The notes: generated from the letters alone by a model not told the origin. Numbered from the whole stretch's first letter, positions 21,231 to 33,151 are shown. The stretch: DNA of 63,061 nucleotides, filler included, from Licmophora abbreviata (GCA_900291995.1; 11 parts of 11 records of this genome joined end to end with filler, not necessarily neighbours in it), one strand, 5' to 3'. Program-made: numbers and translations.

Positions 21231-22920
21231 ATGGGACGAAAAGCGGCCAAGCCGTCGTCTTTGGCGTCACTTCCGCCCCCAGAATTGAATCTCAATGAAG
21301 AAACAACAACCCCAGGCATTCGGAAAGCTCTCGGGACTCTCCAGAACTGTCTCTTATGTCCTCTTTGCAGTCAGGTCTTGAAGAAGCCATCTACACTGGC
21401 ATGTGCCCATACATTCTGCCACGAGTGTATGGACGAGTACGCCTGTGATGCATGGTCATGTCCAGTCTGCAGTATGCCACTGACAGTTATCGGGGCACGT
21501 GAAACCAACGAGGGGGCCAAGTATCTGAAGCACAATCCTCAGTTGCAGACGGTCGTGAATTCGATGAATGTCATTTGTCAGGTTNNNNNNNNNNNNNNNN
21601 NNNNNNNNNNNNNNNNNNNNNNNNNNNNTTAATTAATTAANNNNNNNNNNNNNNNNNNNNNNNNNNNNNNNNNNNNNNNNNNNNCTGAACGAAGCTCCGA
21701 CAGAGTGGTGGAGTATCGGCGCTTCTACTAAGGGCTCTCAGTCAGAACCAGAGGAAGAAGTCATTGACTTACAGCCGTCTCCCGCCAAGCAGAAAAAGGA
21801 CAGCCCCGACGACTCGGAGGCCACAGAGGTGTTTCCTCCCACTCAACAACGCTCTCCGGTGTCTTGGATGGACGTCATCGCTGAGACCAGTCCTGAGACG
21901 TCGCCCCTTCCCGCCAGTCGCAGCCTTGCTCTTCCATCCCAGTCACCCAGTATGTCGCCAATCGCACACATGAGTTCCCAAACTTCTCCCACACTGTGCG
22001 GTGACAGCAATATCACGCGAGGTTTGAAGCGTGCATTTTCAGCTACCATGAGCGACGCTTCATTTCCGATCGAGAAAAAGCGACCGTCGACGGTACGATT
22101 CCAGGACGAAGTGGAGGAAGCATCCGCAAAGAAAAAGTCAGCTATTCCCTCTCTTCTTGTGGCGTCCGAACTGTCAACATCAGATCGTAAGATGATGGAC
22201 GTTTTCGTCAAGCGCAACCAAGTCAAGCTCGTGACGTCGATAGAGAGCGTTAATACTTCTGACGAGTCTGAGCTTGACTTTGACTACGCCCTCTGTGGTA
22301 ATGCCGAGATGGAGACAGGCGATGGTTTCCTCGTGGGTCGCACATTTGGTTATCTCTTGAGTCTAGCGTCTGGAAAGCAAGTGGTCAATGTGTCCTACTT
22401 TCTCAAACTGACAGATACGACAATTCGACCGCTGGAGGCTCCTCCAGGAGGAAACAAGGATGTTGTCATCGGAGATGTGGAAAGCACAGAATGGATGGCA
22501 CCACAGCGAGCCATGGATCAGCAGCAGAGTGGATCTGAGTTGCTGGAGGGGTACACTGTGATTCTTTGCGGTGAATTCGACAAGCTCGAACCGACGCGAC
22601 CGCCCTATGCCGTCTACACTCATGCACGTATCGAACGCCTGCTAAGATTGTGTGGAGCGCGGGTTAGCAATTTGAAAAGTCTGACGCTGAAGGATGAGCT
22701 CCAAGGCCACGTTAACAAGGTCGTTGTTCTAGTTCGTCCCTCCCCTCATCCTCGTGACTGGCGTTCGGCTCGAAAAGACATGGACGATTGCGCACCGTTG
22801 CAGGGGCTCGTTGACCAGCAAAAATCGTTGGTATGCGGTAACTGGTTGCTTGATTCGATCGGGAATTATCGAGTCAAGGACACGTTCCTCTATACTCAGA
22901 CTCAGTTCCAGCACAGATGA
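21231..22920 (+). CDS. BRCA1/BARD1-like RING + tandem BRCT protein, split by the linker at 21585-21684
   Basis: C3HC4 RING (CPLC...CAHTFCHEC...CPVC); BRCT motifs GRTFGYLLSLASGK and WLLDSIGNY; the two flanks join in frame (CQV|LNEAP). Confidence 0.8.
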
Positions 22921-22947
22921 CTCAAGGCTTCAGCATGGATCTCAAGG

Positions 22948-23855
22948 TTAAATGTCATCCAAATTCAGCTGCAGCGCTCCGGAATCGCTTTCTGCGAAGT
23001 AGCTCTTTCCCAGGCTCTTGCAGATACCATAATCAGGTACTAATGGCGCTACACCCAATGCCACATGTCCGCATCGAAATCGCATCATCATTACCACGCT
23101 CTCTCGACTGTCGTAGTTCGCCACGGCCTCTTTCAGCTTGGTCCGAACCGCCATCAGTTCAAAATCGTCTCGGCATACTTCCGAATCATACTCTCCAATC
23201 GTCAGATAGTGTACAAGTACAGATCTCACCTTGTTTATTGGCTTCCCATTACCAAGTACCGGGACTGGCAATGATAGCTCTGCCAGTGTACATGAACTTT
23301 GCAGAAACAAAAAACCTTTTCCGAGTATCGAATCCTTATACACGGCATACGGACAAGCATAAAATCGTATCCGACCAAAGATTTCGCGTCGCGCAGCCCT
23401 TTGGTCCTCTGGATCCGTGATTTTCGTGTCGTTTCCTACTCGTCTGTACGCTGTGTGAGTCGAGAGCGGGGCGAAAGGATTGTTGGGTTGGGAATGCAAA
23501 GTTACATCGAATTGGCAGTGCTTCTGTTCAATAAACCCAAGTGTACCTCGCTTATCTTACCATCACAGCTGAACTTGTGACCACCTCCCAATCCCTTTTT
23601 CCAGTTTTGAACTTGACATTCGCGAGAGCAGTACGTCGCTACACGGCACTTGGAGCAACGCTTGTGCGAAACAGTCGGTGTGGCGCAATGGAAGCAAACA
23701 TGTTGCTCTCCGTCGGACGATGGCTGGTCGGAATTCTCCGTGTATCCAAGTTCTAGGCACTGTAACCATTCTAACGACTGAATGGGGGCTTGCAACGCGG
23801 TTTGTGCCGCCTCAGAAGACGATGGCATGCCGTTCGATGACGACGACGACGCCAT
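22948..23855 (-). CDS. MYND zinc-finger protein; intron 23451-23560
   Basis: CFHC...RCSKCRVATYCSRECQVQNWK...HKFSC; splice gives FSCD|AYRRV. Confidence 0.85.
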
Positions 23856-24087
23856 GGTCGAAGGTTTTTCTGTGGACGGTAGTGCTCGTCGTTGTCTGTA
23901 ATGACTTCTGGCTTCGCAAAAAATGCGGGGAGGGACAGACGAGCCATCGAATGACTGAAATCTGAAATCTCGGCCGCACGCAGCAGCATCACGCCGTCGT
24001 TGGTCGTGGGGGTTCGTAAAAGACGTTCGGAAACCTTTAACAATTTTTTTATATGTAGATTAGACCTCTCGTGACAGCGAAAGCAGT

Positions 24088-24160
24088 TCCCGTATGATGT
24101 AGGTGGTTAGCATACTTGCCTTTCACGCAGGATACCAGGGTTCGAGTCCCTGTACGGGAA
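24088..24160 (+). tRNA. tRNA-Glu (anticodon TTC)
   Basis: Acceptor TCCCGTA/TACGGGA; D stem ATGT/GCAT; anticodon arm CTTGC-CTTTCAC-GCAGG; T arm CAGGG-TTCGAGT-CCCTG. Confidence 0.95.
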
Positions 24161-24166
24161 TTTTTT
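24161..24166 (+). terminator. RNA polymerase III oligo-T terminator
   Basis: TTTTTT immediately after the tRNA discriminator base. Confidence 0.8.
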
Positions 24167-24837
24167 GCTCTGATGCGGCATCATCCTGTGCATGTATCTT
24201 CAATCTGGAGAGATATAGGAACCTGAGGATCTATCTTAGAATGTGTGCAATCTATCTAATACCCGATACCTCTTATGCAGTGGACTTCAGAAGTGACGTA
24301 AATGTATGCAGTCATACACCCAGCCAGAGGCAGTGTGTGAAATGCATGCAACGGCGTCTGTACCTGGTACAGGGTTTGCTTCCGGCCACAGTCAGTATAC
24401 CGGCCACAGTTAGCTTCTTGTATCGAACTAGTCACCAGTCACCAGTAAAATGGGTACGTATGATGCGAGTTCACACAGGGATAAGAAGCCTACGCTAGCT
24501 ACTAGTGGTAGCTACGCGGATCCTCAGCCAGCCAGAGCAGCAGTACCCGTCCTCTCACTCGTCTCAACGATGCAACGCTCGAACAAGCAAAGCCTTGCGG
24601 AGCACGTCAGGGGTACTACATTAGTAGCACAGTATGTTACCTGGTATGTGGTACCGGACATGCATACTCGGTACCGGTACCGGTCCAGAGACTAAAACCT
24701 GTACGGAAACTTGGAGCACGTGCTCTCGCTCGAGCTCTCGAAAACATAAAATTGTTGAGTATCTTTTTTACCTCATCCCGCGTCGATGTGATCACACTTC
24801 ATATTCCCATCAGGAAGGTCGATTCGATTCTGTGACG

Positions 24838-25928
24838 ATGATGATGTTCAAGCGCGTCGGTACTATCACCTTTTTGCTACTAGGCCTGCTTGTTTTGAAC
24901 TCGGTTGGAGGATTCCGATTGCTGGGGGCTCCTTTGCTGAACAAGAACAAGATTCGTCATGTCCGATCTTTCCCTACCGATATGCGAACCCGACCTCTGG
25001 ACACTGGATTCACATCTAATTCTGTGCCCCGTGGATCTCTCAGCATGATCCGGGGAGGAGAAATAGCTGGGCTTTCCGTTCCTCTCGTAGCAAAGCTCTG
25101 CTCGGGGTTCTTGGTCCTCAATGGAGTCGCGTTGCTGCTTGCCCCTGTTCTTTGGACGGACAACCTCTATAAGATCGGAATCGACGAAGATACCTTTGAG
25201 ACTTATCTTCTGAGAGCTATCGGAGCCATATCGACTGGAATGGGAATTAATGTCTATCTGGCTGTCATTCAGGGCTTGTCGGTTCAAAGAGCTATGGGTT
25301 TCGCCTTGCTACCTCGTCTCTTGTTTGTTCTGCTGTCATTTGTTACCAAGAGACTCGACTCGCTTGGGGCCCGCAAAAGATTCCTTTCCATCAATACACT
25401 TGTCATGAGCTGGACAGCCTTCTCATTGCTTACTGGTGCTGGAAATCCTGCGTTGGCGGCAAAAGTATTCTCGTCCTTGGCGATCGTCAAGGGTGCCCTA
25501 CTCACCGTTAGGCCTAACGTTGGCGCAGCCAAATACTTTGGCCTAGACATTACCGGTGAAGGTGGGTGATTCTGAAACACAATGGAGCTTTGCTATCAAT
25601 AAATAGATGGACTCGACTCACAGCTGTTTTGCATTCTCCCGTATTGGCTGTGGTGCGCCGCCACTGTGCGTTAGGCAGCAACAAGGCGCGAGCTCTTTCC
25701 AAGGCACTCGGCAACAATCTCGTCGTGAGCGCGTTTCTCATGGCGTCACTTGCTTTCGGTATGGCGCCTACGACAGCTGCTGGCTACACGTCGCTGCTGT
25801 GGGCGCTGCTTTTGTTTGACATGGGCTTTGTGTCAAAGTCATATCTGCTGATGGACGAAGCGGACGCACGTGCACAACTCGTACACGTCTGCATCACTCT
25901 TGCGTTCGCAGCTGGGTTTCTTTTGTAA
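24838..25928 (+). CDS. Multi-pass membrane protein with internal duplication; intron 25562-25674
   Basis: Signal peptide, about 8 hydrophobic helices; phase-1 intron gives GEG|SNKARA. Confidence 0.7.
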
Positions 25929-26556
25929 GAATTTCTTCGCTATTTGCTATTGAGTACTCATTTTAAGCTAGCTTTGATGCTGCACCTGGTGTGACAAGCT
26001 AGTCCGTCGTTACCGGTACGGCGGTACCTGGTACGTTCAACGTGGTACGATATTCGTACTACCCCGAGGCACTTTGTTAGGCTCGTGACTCACTCGTGAC
26101 AAAACAGCCATAAACCATCTTTCGACCTATACTCATGAATACAGGCCTGAGAACTTCCAAGTTTATCGGCAGGATCTTCATCTTCGTCCTACGGATCTGA
26201 TTACCTGGTAAAATATTTCTACCGGTAGAAAGACTATCATCGTGCACTCCAGAGAGCAATCACTTCACCCTTGACGATGATTATGAAAAAGCATGAATGG
26301 TAGAAAAACATCAAGGATCGAGGAGAACATTGTCCGTTGAACGGACGTGAGTCTTTTTGTGTTGCGCGCCAAAAGACTCAATCGTCGCAAACGCACAAAA
26401 TTGACACAACCGCCCACATCCCCGCACGAACGGATCTGTCACGCACTTCTTCATGTCAATTATTGCATTCGGCACTGGTTTGAGCGAGGCATTCGCTGTT
26501 AACGTTGTCTCTCTCGACCGAATCGATATTGAAGAAATAACATTCTCTGAGCTACG

Positions 26557-29500
26557 ATGATGGAGGTCTCAGCGGTCGGTCATCCGCCAGAGAAGAAGTT
26601 TGTCTCGCCTACCCAACTGACAAACGCGGTGCGACGGCCCAAGTCTCCACGTCAGTCGGCGGGGCGAGAAGCCCGGAGAAGTGGTCGATCGCCATATGCT
26701 GGATCATCATTGGCGAAAGAGCCCAGTGGTATGCGGGAGTCCCCTCATGAGGTACCGAGTTTTGACGAGGGGGTGGTCATGCGTCGTAGAGGCAGAAGAA
26801 GGGGAGTCCATGATGACAGAAGTCGTCCGGCATTGGCAGACTCGCTCCAGTGTTCCGTACCAAAGTCGAAGGACGAGATACAGGATGCGCTGCTGAGCGC
26901 CCGTGACCTGGCAGTCGAGCGTGCCAAGGTGGCAGCACCGGTCGCTCGTCGTGGGGTGAATGGGTGCATTACTGTGACAAGGGAGCATGCCAAGGTTCCA
27001 GACGAGGAGGAGGTGCGAACGTGCATGCGAAACACCAAAGCGGGGCGCCAGGGTCTGCAGAGGTGGGTATGCAATGCCTATGACCTCGTCCAGAAAGAGT
27101 TATACATACCACCCCCTGGCCAGGAACATACTGAGACGCATGGCGTTTTCATGGACAAGTCTTCCAGGGTCACACAGTCCACCACACCGACTCGCAATAC
27201 TAGTCCGAAGGTTCGAAAAGGCAAGTCTAAGATCCGCAAGAGAAAGACACGAAGGTCATCTCTTGTAGAGGGGCCGGAAACTGTCTCTGAGTCACCATTG
27301 AGGCCTCTTCGGGGTCCCAAGGGGGTGAGGTTTCCTGAGGCGGCTAGCATTGAGAATCCTGATGATTGCCTCGAACGAGAGCGAAAGGCAGAAGAAAGTT
27401 CGTCCATTTCGACGCCAGTTTCATTGTTGCTAGATGACGAGGGGCGTCAGCTGCTTTCTGAGGAGAGCGCCGACAAGGAGGAATCGCACGGGATCGAAGG
27501 AATGGACGAACATGAGGACTACGATGATCAGCCACGCGCTATGCGGAACTATCGTCTCAAAATGTTCCGTAACGACCTCTCGAGCGATAGGACTGTGCCC
27601 AAGGCACGCCTGTCCAGGGCTTTGAGCGAGCTCTCACACCAAGATTCGGCTTTACATTCCCTCGAACAGTCTTTGGAGGATGCCAAGGAAACTTTGGGTA
27701 GTACAGAAAGGCAGCTCGTCGACGCAAGAGGGGTATCTGAGCAACAGAAAAGCGCGATCGCTCGCCTACGGTCTGAGGCAAAGAAAGAAACGGAAACTCT
27801 CAAAGTTAGACTTGCTGACGAGACAAAAGAGCGATCGAACCTTCAAAGCAGAGTCTCCAGCCTCCAAGTAGAGACTAGCCGTTTGAAGTCGGCCCTTCGC
27901 GCTGCTCAGGGTGAAGCAAAGCGACAGAGAGACAAAGTCCGCGAGATGAAGCGATATCCCGGTGCTCACGCGCTCGTGTCGACATACGTCATGGAGGATG
28001 ACGACGTGAAATCTGTCAATACACAAGAGTCTGGTATCGAAATAGCTCTTCGGGCCGAGATAGTAAGCCTAAAGGCAGAGCTTGCTGAAGCGAGAGCTGA
28101 TGGTCTTCAGACAGATCCTAGTAGCATCGGAAGCCGAGCAGAAGTGGCCCGACTTCGCGCGCAGTTGCAGCTGTTTGAGACTGAATTGGCAAGGCTACGG
28201 TTGAACGCGTCGAGGGGCTTAAACGAAGCTGCCCCTGCACTTTCTGCAATGAAAGAAAAGTTAAAAGAGAAGGAAGAAGACCTAATGCTGGTTCGTCAAT
28301 CTTTGGAACGTGCGAAGTCCAATGAGTCGAATCTTCGTGACGAGCTAGAACATGCGAAGGCAAAGATTGTTGATTTGGAAAACGAGAGATCTGCATCAAG
28401 TCCTGAGGTACTTGCAGAAGTGGAGGAGCTCCGCAGGAAACTAGCCGTCGCTCGTGAGGAGGTTACAGCCCCCAAAAGTAAGACGGATGCTACCACTGAT
28501 GCCCGCAATGACATGGAAGTCGGAGAATTGAGGTTGGAAGTCACGAGCCTCACGGGTAAACTTTCGAAGTCGAAACGGCAGGCTCTATATGCGTCCGCGG
28601 AGCGCTTGAAAGAGCGGCAGGCCCTTGAATCAGAGTTGGACCAATGCAGAAAGTCGATTGTCGACCTGCGTTTGACGGTGCAGTCGATGAAAACCCAACT
28701 GTCCGGGACTGAGGCCAATGGAAGGCAGATCGGTAGGCACAGCCCATCCGTCGAAGGACGTAGTGTGAAGCGAAAGATCGATGACGACTTGCTCGAAGAT
28801 GGAGAAATTGCAACACGAGGCATCGTGAAGGCATCCGAGCTGGCGTTTCTCCGCGAGAAACTCGACAAGACGAAGGCTTCAGAAGAAAAATTAATGACCG
28901 AAGTGAGCGTCATGAAAGACCTGGTGAGAATTGCGGAGGCTTCCACCAGCGAGATCAAGGCGGAGGCGCAGGATCAAATTCAAAAAAGGGAAGAGAAAGA
29001 GGCCCAGCTCTCCCTTGAACTCCAGGAGCTTGAGCGAAGGCTGAAGGATGCCGAGCGCACGGCAACTCAGTTCGCGGAATCCAAGGCAGCACAGAATGAA
29101 GACCATTCGAGGACAGAACGTGAATTACAGAGCAGCAGGATAAAGGAGAAGTCACTTCAAAACGCTGTGAAAGTTCTCAAGGGCAATCTGGAGCGCGTCG
29201 AGATGCGTTGCGAGGAAGAAAGGCTGCTTGTGGAGGAGGAACGGCGTCTGGCTCGCGAGGTAGACTCCAAACGGATTGAGGAGGTAGAACGACTTCGGAA
29301 GAAGATTCTGGCCAGACACAACAGTCCACCAAAGGGCGCGGTCCTTCTTGACCGTGTCAGGGACTTGGAACATTGTTTGACAATGGCGGAACGAGAGGCC
29401 GAGCAGAAAACGACCAATGTAGAAGGGGATTCAAGGTCGACTGATCACCTATCCCAAAAGGCTCGCATAGAGAGCGCCGTTTCGAAGGCACGTCTTGCCA

Positions 29501-30036
29501 CAGCTCGAAGGGCAGCTCCATCTAATGGGACTGTGAGCACTGGTATGTCGACATCCTCATTCGATTCGCTGTCTTCTGCTGAGATGAGTTCTCCTGGAGG
29601 ACAATCTTTCCGCACCACTCCTCCAGCCACGCCGTCTAGACGTGACAGCAGGGCGTTTTCACCCATCGTGTCTCCCGCATTGTATCGGGCTGCCATTGTC
29701 GAGGATGATAACGAGGATAGTCCTGGAGATGAGTTAGACGAGCTCGTCAACGGCATTCCTGTCCGCGGCGTGAATGTTCAAGGCCTCGAAAGGCGGCTTC
29801 AGGGATCGAACAAGCAGTTGCGAGATGCCGATATTTGTCGCAAGGATATTACCACATCAAGTGGCAAAATGAAGAATGGTCAATCGAGGATCCGGAGTGA
29901 ATGCGACGACTTGCTTTGTTTGGTAGACAAACAAGCAGATTATAATGGGTCGCCGACAGAAGCCGACTGGGTTGACGATGAGCTTAGCTTCATATCGAAC
30001 GATTCCTATCGAAAATGTGGCTCAATTGAAGAGTAG
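26557..30036 (+). CDS. Large coiled-coil protein (1159 aa), function unknown
   Basis: Long uninterrupted ORF with a heptad-rich E/K/L/R core and disordered termini. Confidence 0.8.
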   Translation: MMEVSAVGHPPEKKFVSPTQLTNAVRRPKSPRQSAGREARRSGRSPYAGSSLAKEPSGMRESPHEVPSFDEGVVMRRRGRRRGVHDDRSRPALADSLQCSVPKSKDEIQDALLSARDLAVERAKVAAPVARRGVNGCITVTREHAKVPDEEEVRTCMRNTKAGRQGLQRWVCNAYDLVQKELYIPPPGQEHTETHGVFMDKSSRVTQSTTPTRNTSPKVRKGKSKIRKRKTRRSSLVEGPETVSESPLRPLRGPKGVRFPEAASIENPDDCLERERKAEESSSISTPVSLLLDDEGRQLLSEESADKEESHGIEGMDEHEDYDDQPRAMRNYRLKMFRNDLSSDRTVPKARLSRALSELSHQDSALHSLEQSLEDAKETLGSTERQLVDARGVSEQQKSAIARLRSEAKKETETLKVRLADETKERSNLQSRVSSLQVETSRLKSALRAAQGEAKRQRDKVREMKRYPGAHALVSTYVMEDDDVKSVNTQESGIEIALRAEIVSLKAELAEARADGLQTDPSSIGSRAEVARLRAQLQLFETELARLRLNASRGLNEAAPALSAMKEKLKEKEEDLMLVRQSLERAKSNESNLRDELEHAKAKIVDLENERSASSPEVLAEVEELRRKLAVAREEVTAPKSKTDATTDARNDMEVGELRLEVTSLTGKLSKSKRQALYASAERLKERQALESELDQCRKSIVDLRLTVQSMKTQLSGTEANGRQIGRHSPSVEGRSVKRKIDDDLLEDGEIATRGIVKASELAFLREKLDKTKASEEKLMTEVSVMKDLVRIAEASTSEIKAEAQDQIQKREEKEAQLSLELQELERRLKDAERTATQFAESKAAQNEDHSRTERELQSSRIKEKSLQNAVKVLKGNLERVEMRCEEERLLVEEERRLAREVDSKRIEEVERLRKKILARHNSPPKGAVLLDRVRDLEHCLTMAEREAEQKTTNVEGDSRSTDHLSQKARIESAVSKARLATARRAAPSNGTVSTGMSTSSFDSLSSAEMSSPGGQSFRTTPPATPSRRDSRAFSPIVSPALYRAAIVEDDNEDSPGDELDELVNGIPVRGVNVQGLERRLQGSNKQLRDADICRKDITTSSGKMKNGQSRIRSECDDLLCLVDKQADYNGSPTEADWVDDELSFISNDSYRKCGSIEE

Positions 30037-30144
30037 CGAGATGAGCATGGGGAAAAATTGGAGGTTCGGCGTATACAGTGTAATGATTTCCAATCAGTTT
30101 ATTATCATACTACGTCAAACCTCAAACGATATCTTCCCCGCGCC

Positions 30145-31200
30145 CTAGCATTGAGAACATATAGTCGTGTAGTAATCGGTTCGGTCCACCCCAGGCACAT
30201 CGGTGCTGTTCCACTCCCATGCCATTGGATAATGCGTGTCCGACATTTGGCGGTCCAGTCGCGCTGCGTAGACGGACGTGCCTGGGAAGACGTCCCTGCT
30301 ACAGAACCAACGCTCACAAGGATCTCGTTCCAGCGTGTCAATCGTTTCTTGCGCAGGAGAAGGTTCCATGAAGTACCACTGGCTATCTACATATACTTCC
30401 ACCCAGTTGTGATTTCCTCTCGTGCGGTTCTGCATCCACGCTGGAGTCCCTGCTATTCGGGACGCGACTCCGGCCGCTCGGAGGGCATCGACGAAAAGTA
30501 CTGCAAGACCGGTACACGAGGCGTATTGAAATGCGATAACCGACATTGGATCGAAGATCAGTGGTGTCTGACTTGAAACAAACACAATTGATTCATTTTC
30601 GTTCCGCGCCAAAGCCTTGAATAGGTGCGTGTTTAGATTCTTGACAACATCCGAAGCCGTGGTCGCAGAAGTATCCAGCAAGATCCGGTAGACGGCGTTA
30701 TCCACCAGCAGAGGGCGCCAATTCGTTCGGGGTTCGTTAGCGTTTGCAAAGTTCAGGACGTACTCGTAAAAGATTGATTTCGGCAGTTCATCGGTCCAGG
30801 TATAGTTGAGCTTGGCGTCCAGAGCCATCGATACTGTGGGTCCCACCAGGCCATTCGAGAGCCCATCAGCGTCGTCTGAGGACGAGTCTGGAAATCCCAA
30901 AGTTTCAATAAGAGGTTCATCAAAGGGCATCAGATTTCGTCGCAAGTAGGCGAGCGCGTCCTTTTCGGCCTCCGGTCGAGGCTGGTACGTACAGCAGCCA
31001 TTCTGCTGCTGCAACGAGCGCTTAGCCGTCGTCGTGACCTGGTGTTGTATCTCGGTTGTCTTGTCTTCACGCCACGCTATGTGAGTTTCATTGGAGCGAC
31101 AGCAATTGCAATCTAGGAATGACCACGCTTCTACAAGCTGAATATGTATAATTGAAACAAGGAGAAGACAAAAGAAAGATTGCTGGCTCGCCATGGTCAT
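30145..31200 (-). CDS. Secreted transglutaminase-like cysteine protease-fold protein
   Basis: Signal peptide; ASCTGLAVLFVDALRAAGVASR and GNHNWVEVY; FYEYVL...NEPRTNWR. Confidence 0.82.
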   Translation of the reverse strand: MTMASQQSFFCLLLVSIIHIQLVEAWSFLDCNCCRSNETHIAWREDKTTEIQHQVTTTAKRSLQQQNGCCTYQPRPEAEKDALAYLRRNLMPFDEPLIETLGFPDSSSDDADGLSNGLVGPTVSMALDAKLNYTWTDELPKSIFYEYVLNFANANEPRTNWRPLLVDNAVYRILLDTSATTASDVVKNLNTHLFKALARNENESIVFVSSQTPLIFDPMSVIAFQYASCTGLAVLFVDALRAAGVASRIAGTPAWMQNRTRGNHNWVEVYVDSQWYFMEPSPAQETIDTLERDPCERWFCSRDVFPGTSVYAARLDRQMSDTHYPMAWEWNSTDVPGVDRTDYYTTICSQC

Positions 31201-31790
31201 CACTTTCTCCTCACGACAAATGAAATCTGCAAGTTTTGAAAAAAGTCACAAAAGTGTGTGTCTGTCCGCTTTCAGCTTGTTGTTTGGGAGCTGGACCGCG
31301 AACCGCGCAGGACTGCCTGTCTCTACAAGACCTAGACTGCGTGCTATAGCGTTTCTCGTAGCTATTACGGTTCGCCAAGTTCATGCCTTGCTTTCTGGGA
31401 GTTCGGAAGCCTCTATAACTAATCAAGCTACAAAGTACATGAAGCACTTCCTCAATTCGAAAGCAGACACTCCGTGCCTGATAGNNNNNNNNNNNNNNNN
31501 NNNNNNNNNNNNNNNNNNNNNNNNNNNNTTAATTAATTAANNNNNNNNNNNNNNNNNNNNNNNNNNNNNNNNNNNNNNNNNNNNGACTGTTCGCCAAGTT
31601 CATGCCTTGCTTTCTGGGAGTCCGGAAGCCTCTATAACTAATCAAGCTACAAAGTACATGAAGCACTTCCTCAATTCGAAAGCAGACACTCCGTGCCTGA
31701 TAGACCGTATCGTCGTGACGCAACTCCGTGGGGCATTCGCTTGCCCGGCGGCAAATTCAATTCAGGTGTTCACCCTCTCCATCCCCTATA

Positions 31791-32899
31791 TCATTCCACA
31801 ACAACCCAAAGCTTCTTGATCCGTTTCCACAACGTCCCAGTGACCTGTCCAGCCGTTTTGGTAGCACCACCGTGTCGCCAGTCACGCAGCGCTGCGCACT
31901 GCCGTCCGCATTTGTCAGAACGAAATCGCCTTCGAGGACGTGAAAGCATTCGGTCGTAGGGTGGTTGAAGACTGGAAAGGATCCCGAAGTGCATGTCCAG
32001 CAGCCCGTTTTTGTGCTTCCCACGTCGTATGTGGTCTGCGAGGCAGTGCATGGAGCGCCGAGGGTTGCGTCGGGTCGGAGACCGTCTGGGATCAGATACG
32101 GAGGCGCAAAGTTACGAGCGGGCGTAATGACAGCTCGAATAGGGTTAGAAGATTCCTCGACATTCGGATGATCGTGAACAGCCCACACCTTGTGGATGGG
32201 CTCCAGTATATCCCAGCGGCCTGACCAGCCCTTGGGCAGCACCACTGTATCACCCGGTCCAAATTCATGTCTCGTCCCGTCCAAGTCGGTAACAGCGCCA
32301 CTACCGGAAAAGACCATAAACCATTCAGTCGTTGTCCGCAGCGACGGTGACGGCCATCCACCTTGCGCGCACCACCAGGAGCCCGCGGATAAGGCCCCCG
32401 CCTTTACCAGCGGCCGCGTGGCATCGTGCGGCTGGCCCACATCGGGGTTCTTGCGTGGTCCTTTAGGCGTCAGTTTGTCGATAGCAAAGTACGACAACGG
32501 GGCGTGTGCGAGGGTAGCCATCGCATTTTCATTCGAAGCAGGTTCCGGTGTGGTTGACTGCTGCTGCTGCTGTGATGATGGTGGTGGCGGGCTTGCTGTG
32601 GCGATCCCCCCACTGGAGAGCGTTGACAGATAGTCGCCTGACGACATGGAGTTGAGCCCTCCCGCCAGTGGTATGCGAGGCGCCGTAGGCAGCAATTGAA
32701 AAGCAGAGCACCATCCCACAAGGTGTTCAGTAGGAAAGAGAGCTTCATCCTGGCTCTGTGGTGCTTCCTCTCCTGGTGTGGTAAAACAGCGACAACTTAC
32801 CGTGTGAGCGACGGGGCGACATGAAACCAGACAGCAGCACTGCAAAACCACAACCGCCAATGACGCGACGTGCGTACGATGCTCATCCTGGCGCGCCAT
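31791..32899 (-). CDS. Tandem cupin_3 (DUF861/EutQ-like) protein, with two apparent 1-nt insertions near the 3' end
   Basis: Two copies of GxWxCxxG...E.F.V..G...GDTVVLP.GW.G.WD; start and possible 5' intron uncertain. Confidence 0.78.
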
Positions 32900-33151
32900 T
32901 TCTTTGGAGCCCGCGCGCGCAGAAATTGGTAGGGCTTTCGTCCCACACGTCATCACTGATTATGTCCTACGAGCGGGCGAGCCAATTTCCATTCTCGTCA
33001 CCGCAACCGCCGCAACTGTCGGACATGCTGATGCAACACAAAAAATGGTGTCGACGGCGAGGCTCGGAAAGTGGCGTGTGATAGGCTTTTGCTGAAACAA
33101 ATGCTATGCATAGGCAGCTGATCCATCATTCACCTCCCTAAAGTACGGAGA

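Noticed and set aside
22917..22951. Very tight convergent stops (27 nt apart) as an antisense regulatory system
   Set aside because: Similar spacing occurs repeatedly in this compact genome, with no specific evidence for regulation
11201..24160. Functional link between tRNase Z and tRNA-Glu
   Set aside because: About 12 kb and many unrelated genes apart, in a eukaryote without operons
31824..31859. Programmed frameshifting or pseudogenisation in the tandem cupin
   Set aside because: Both shifts are one extra base in A homopolymers; removing them restores VVLPNGWTGHWDVVERIKKLW, so sequencing error is the simplest explanation
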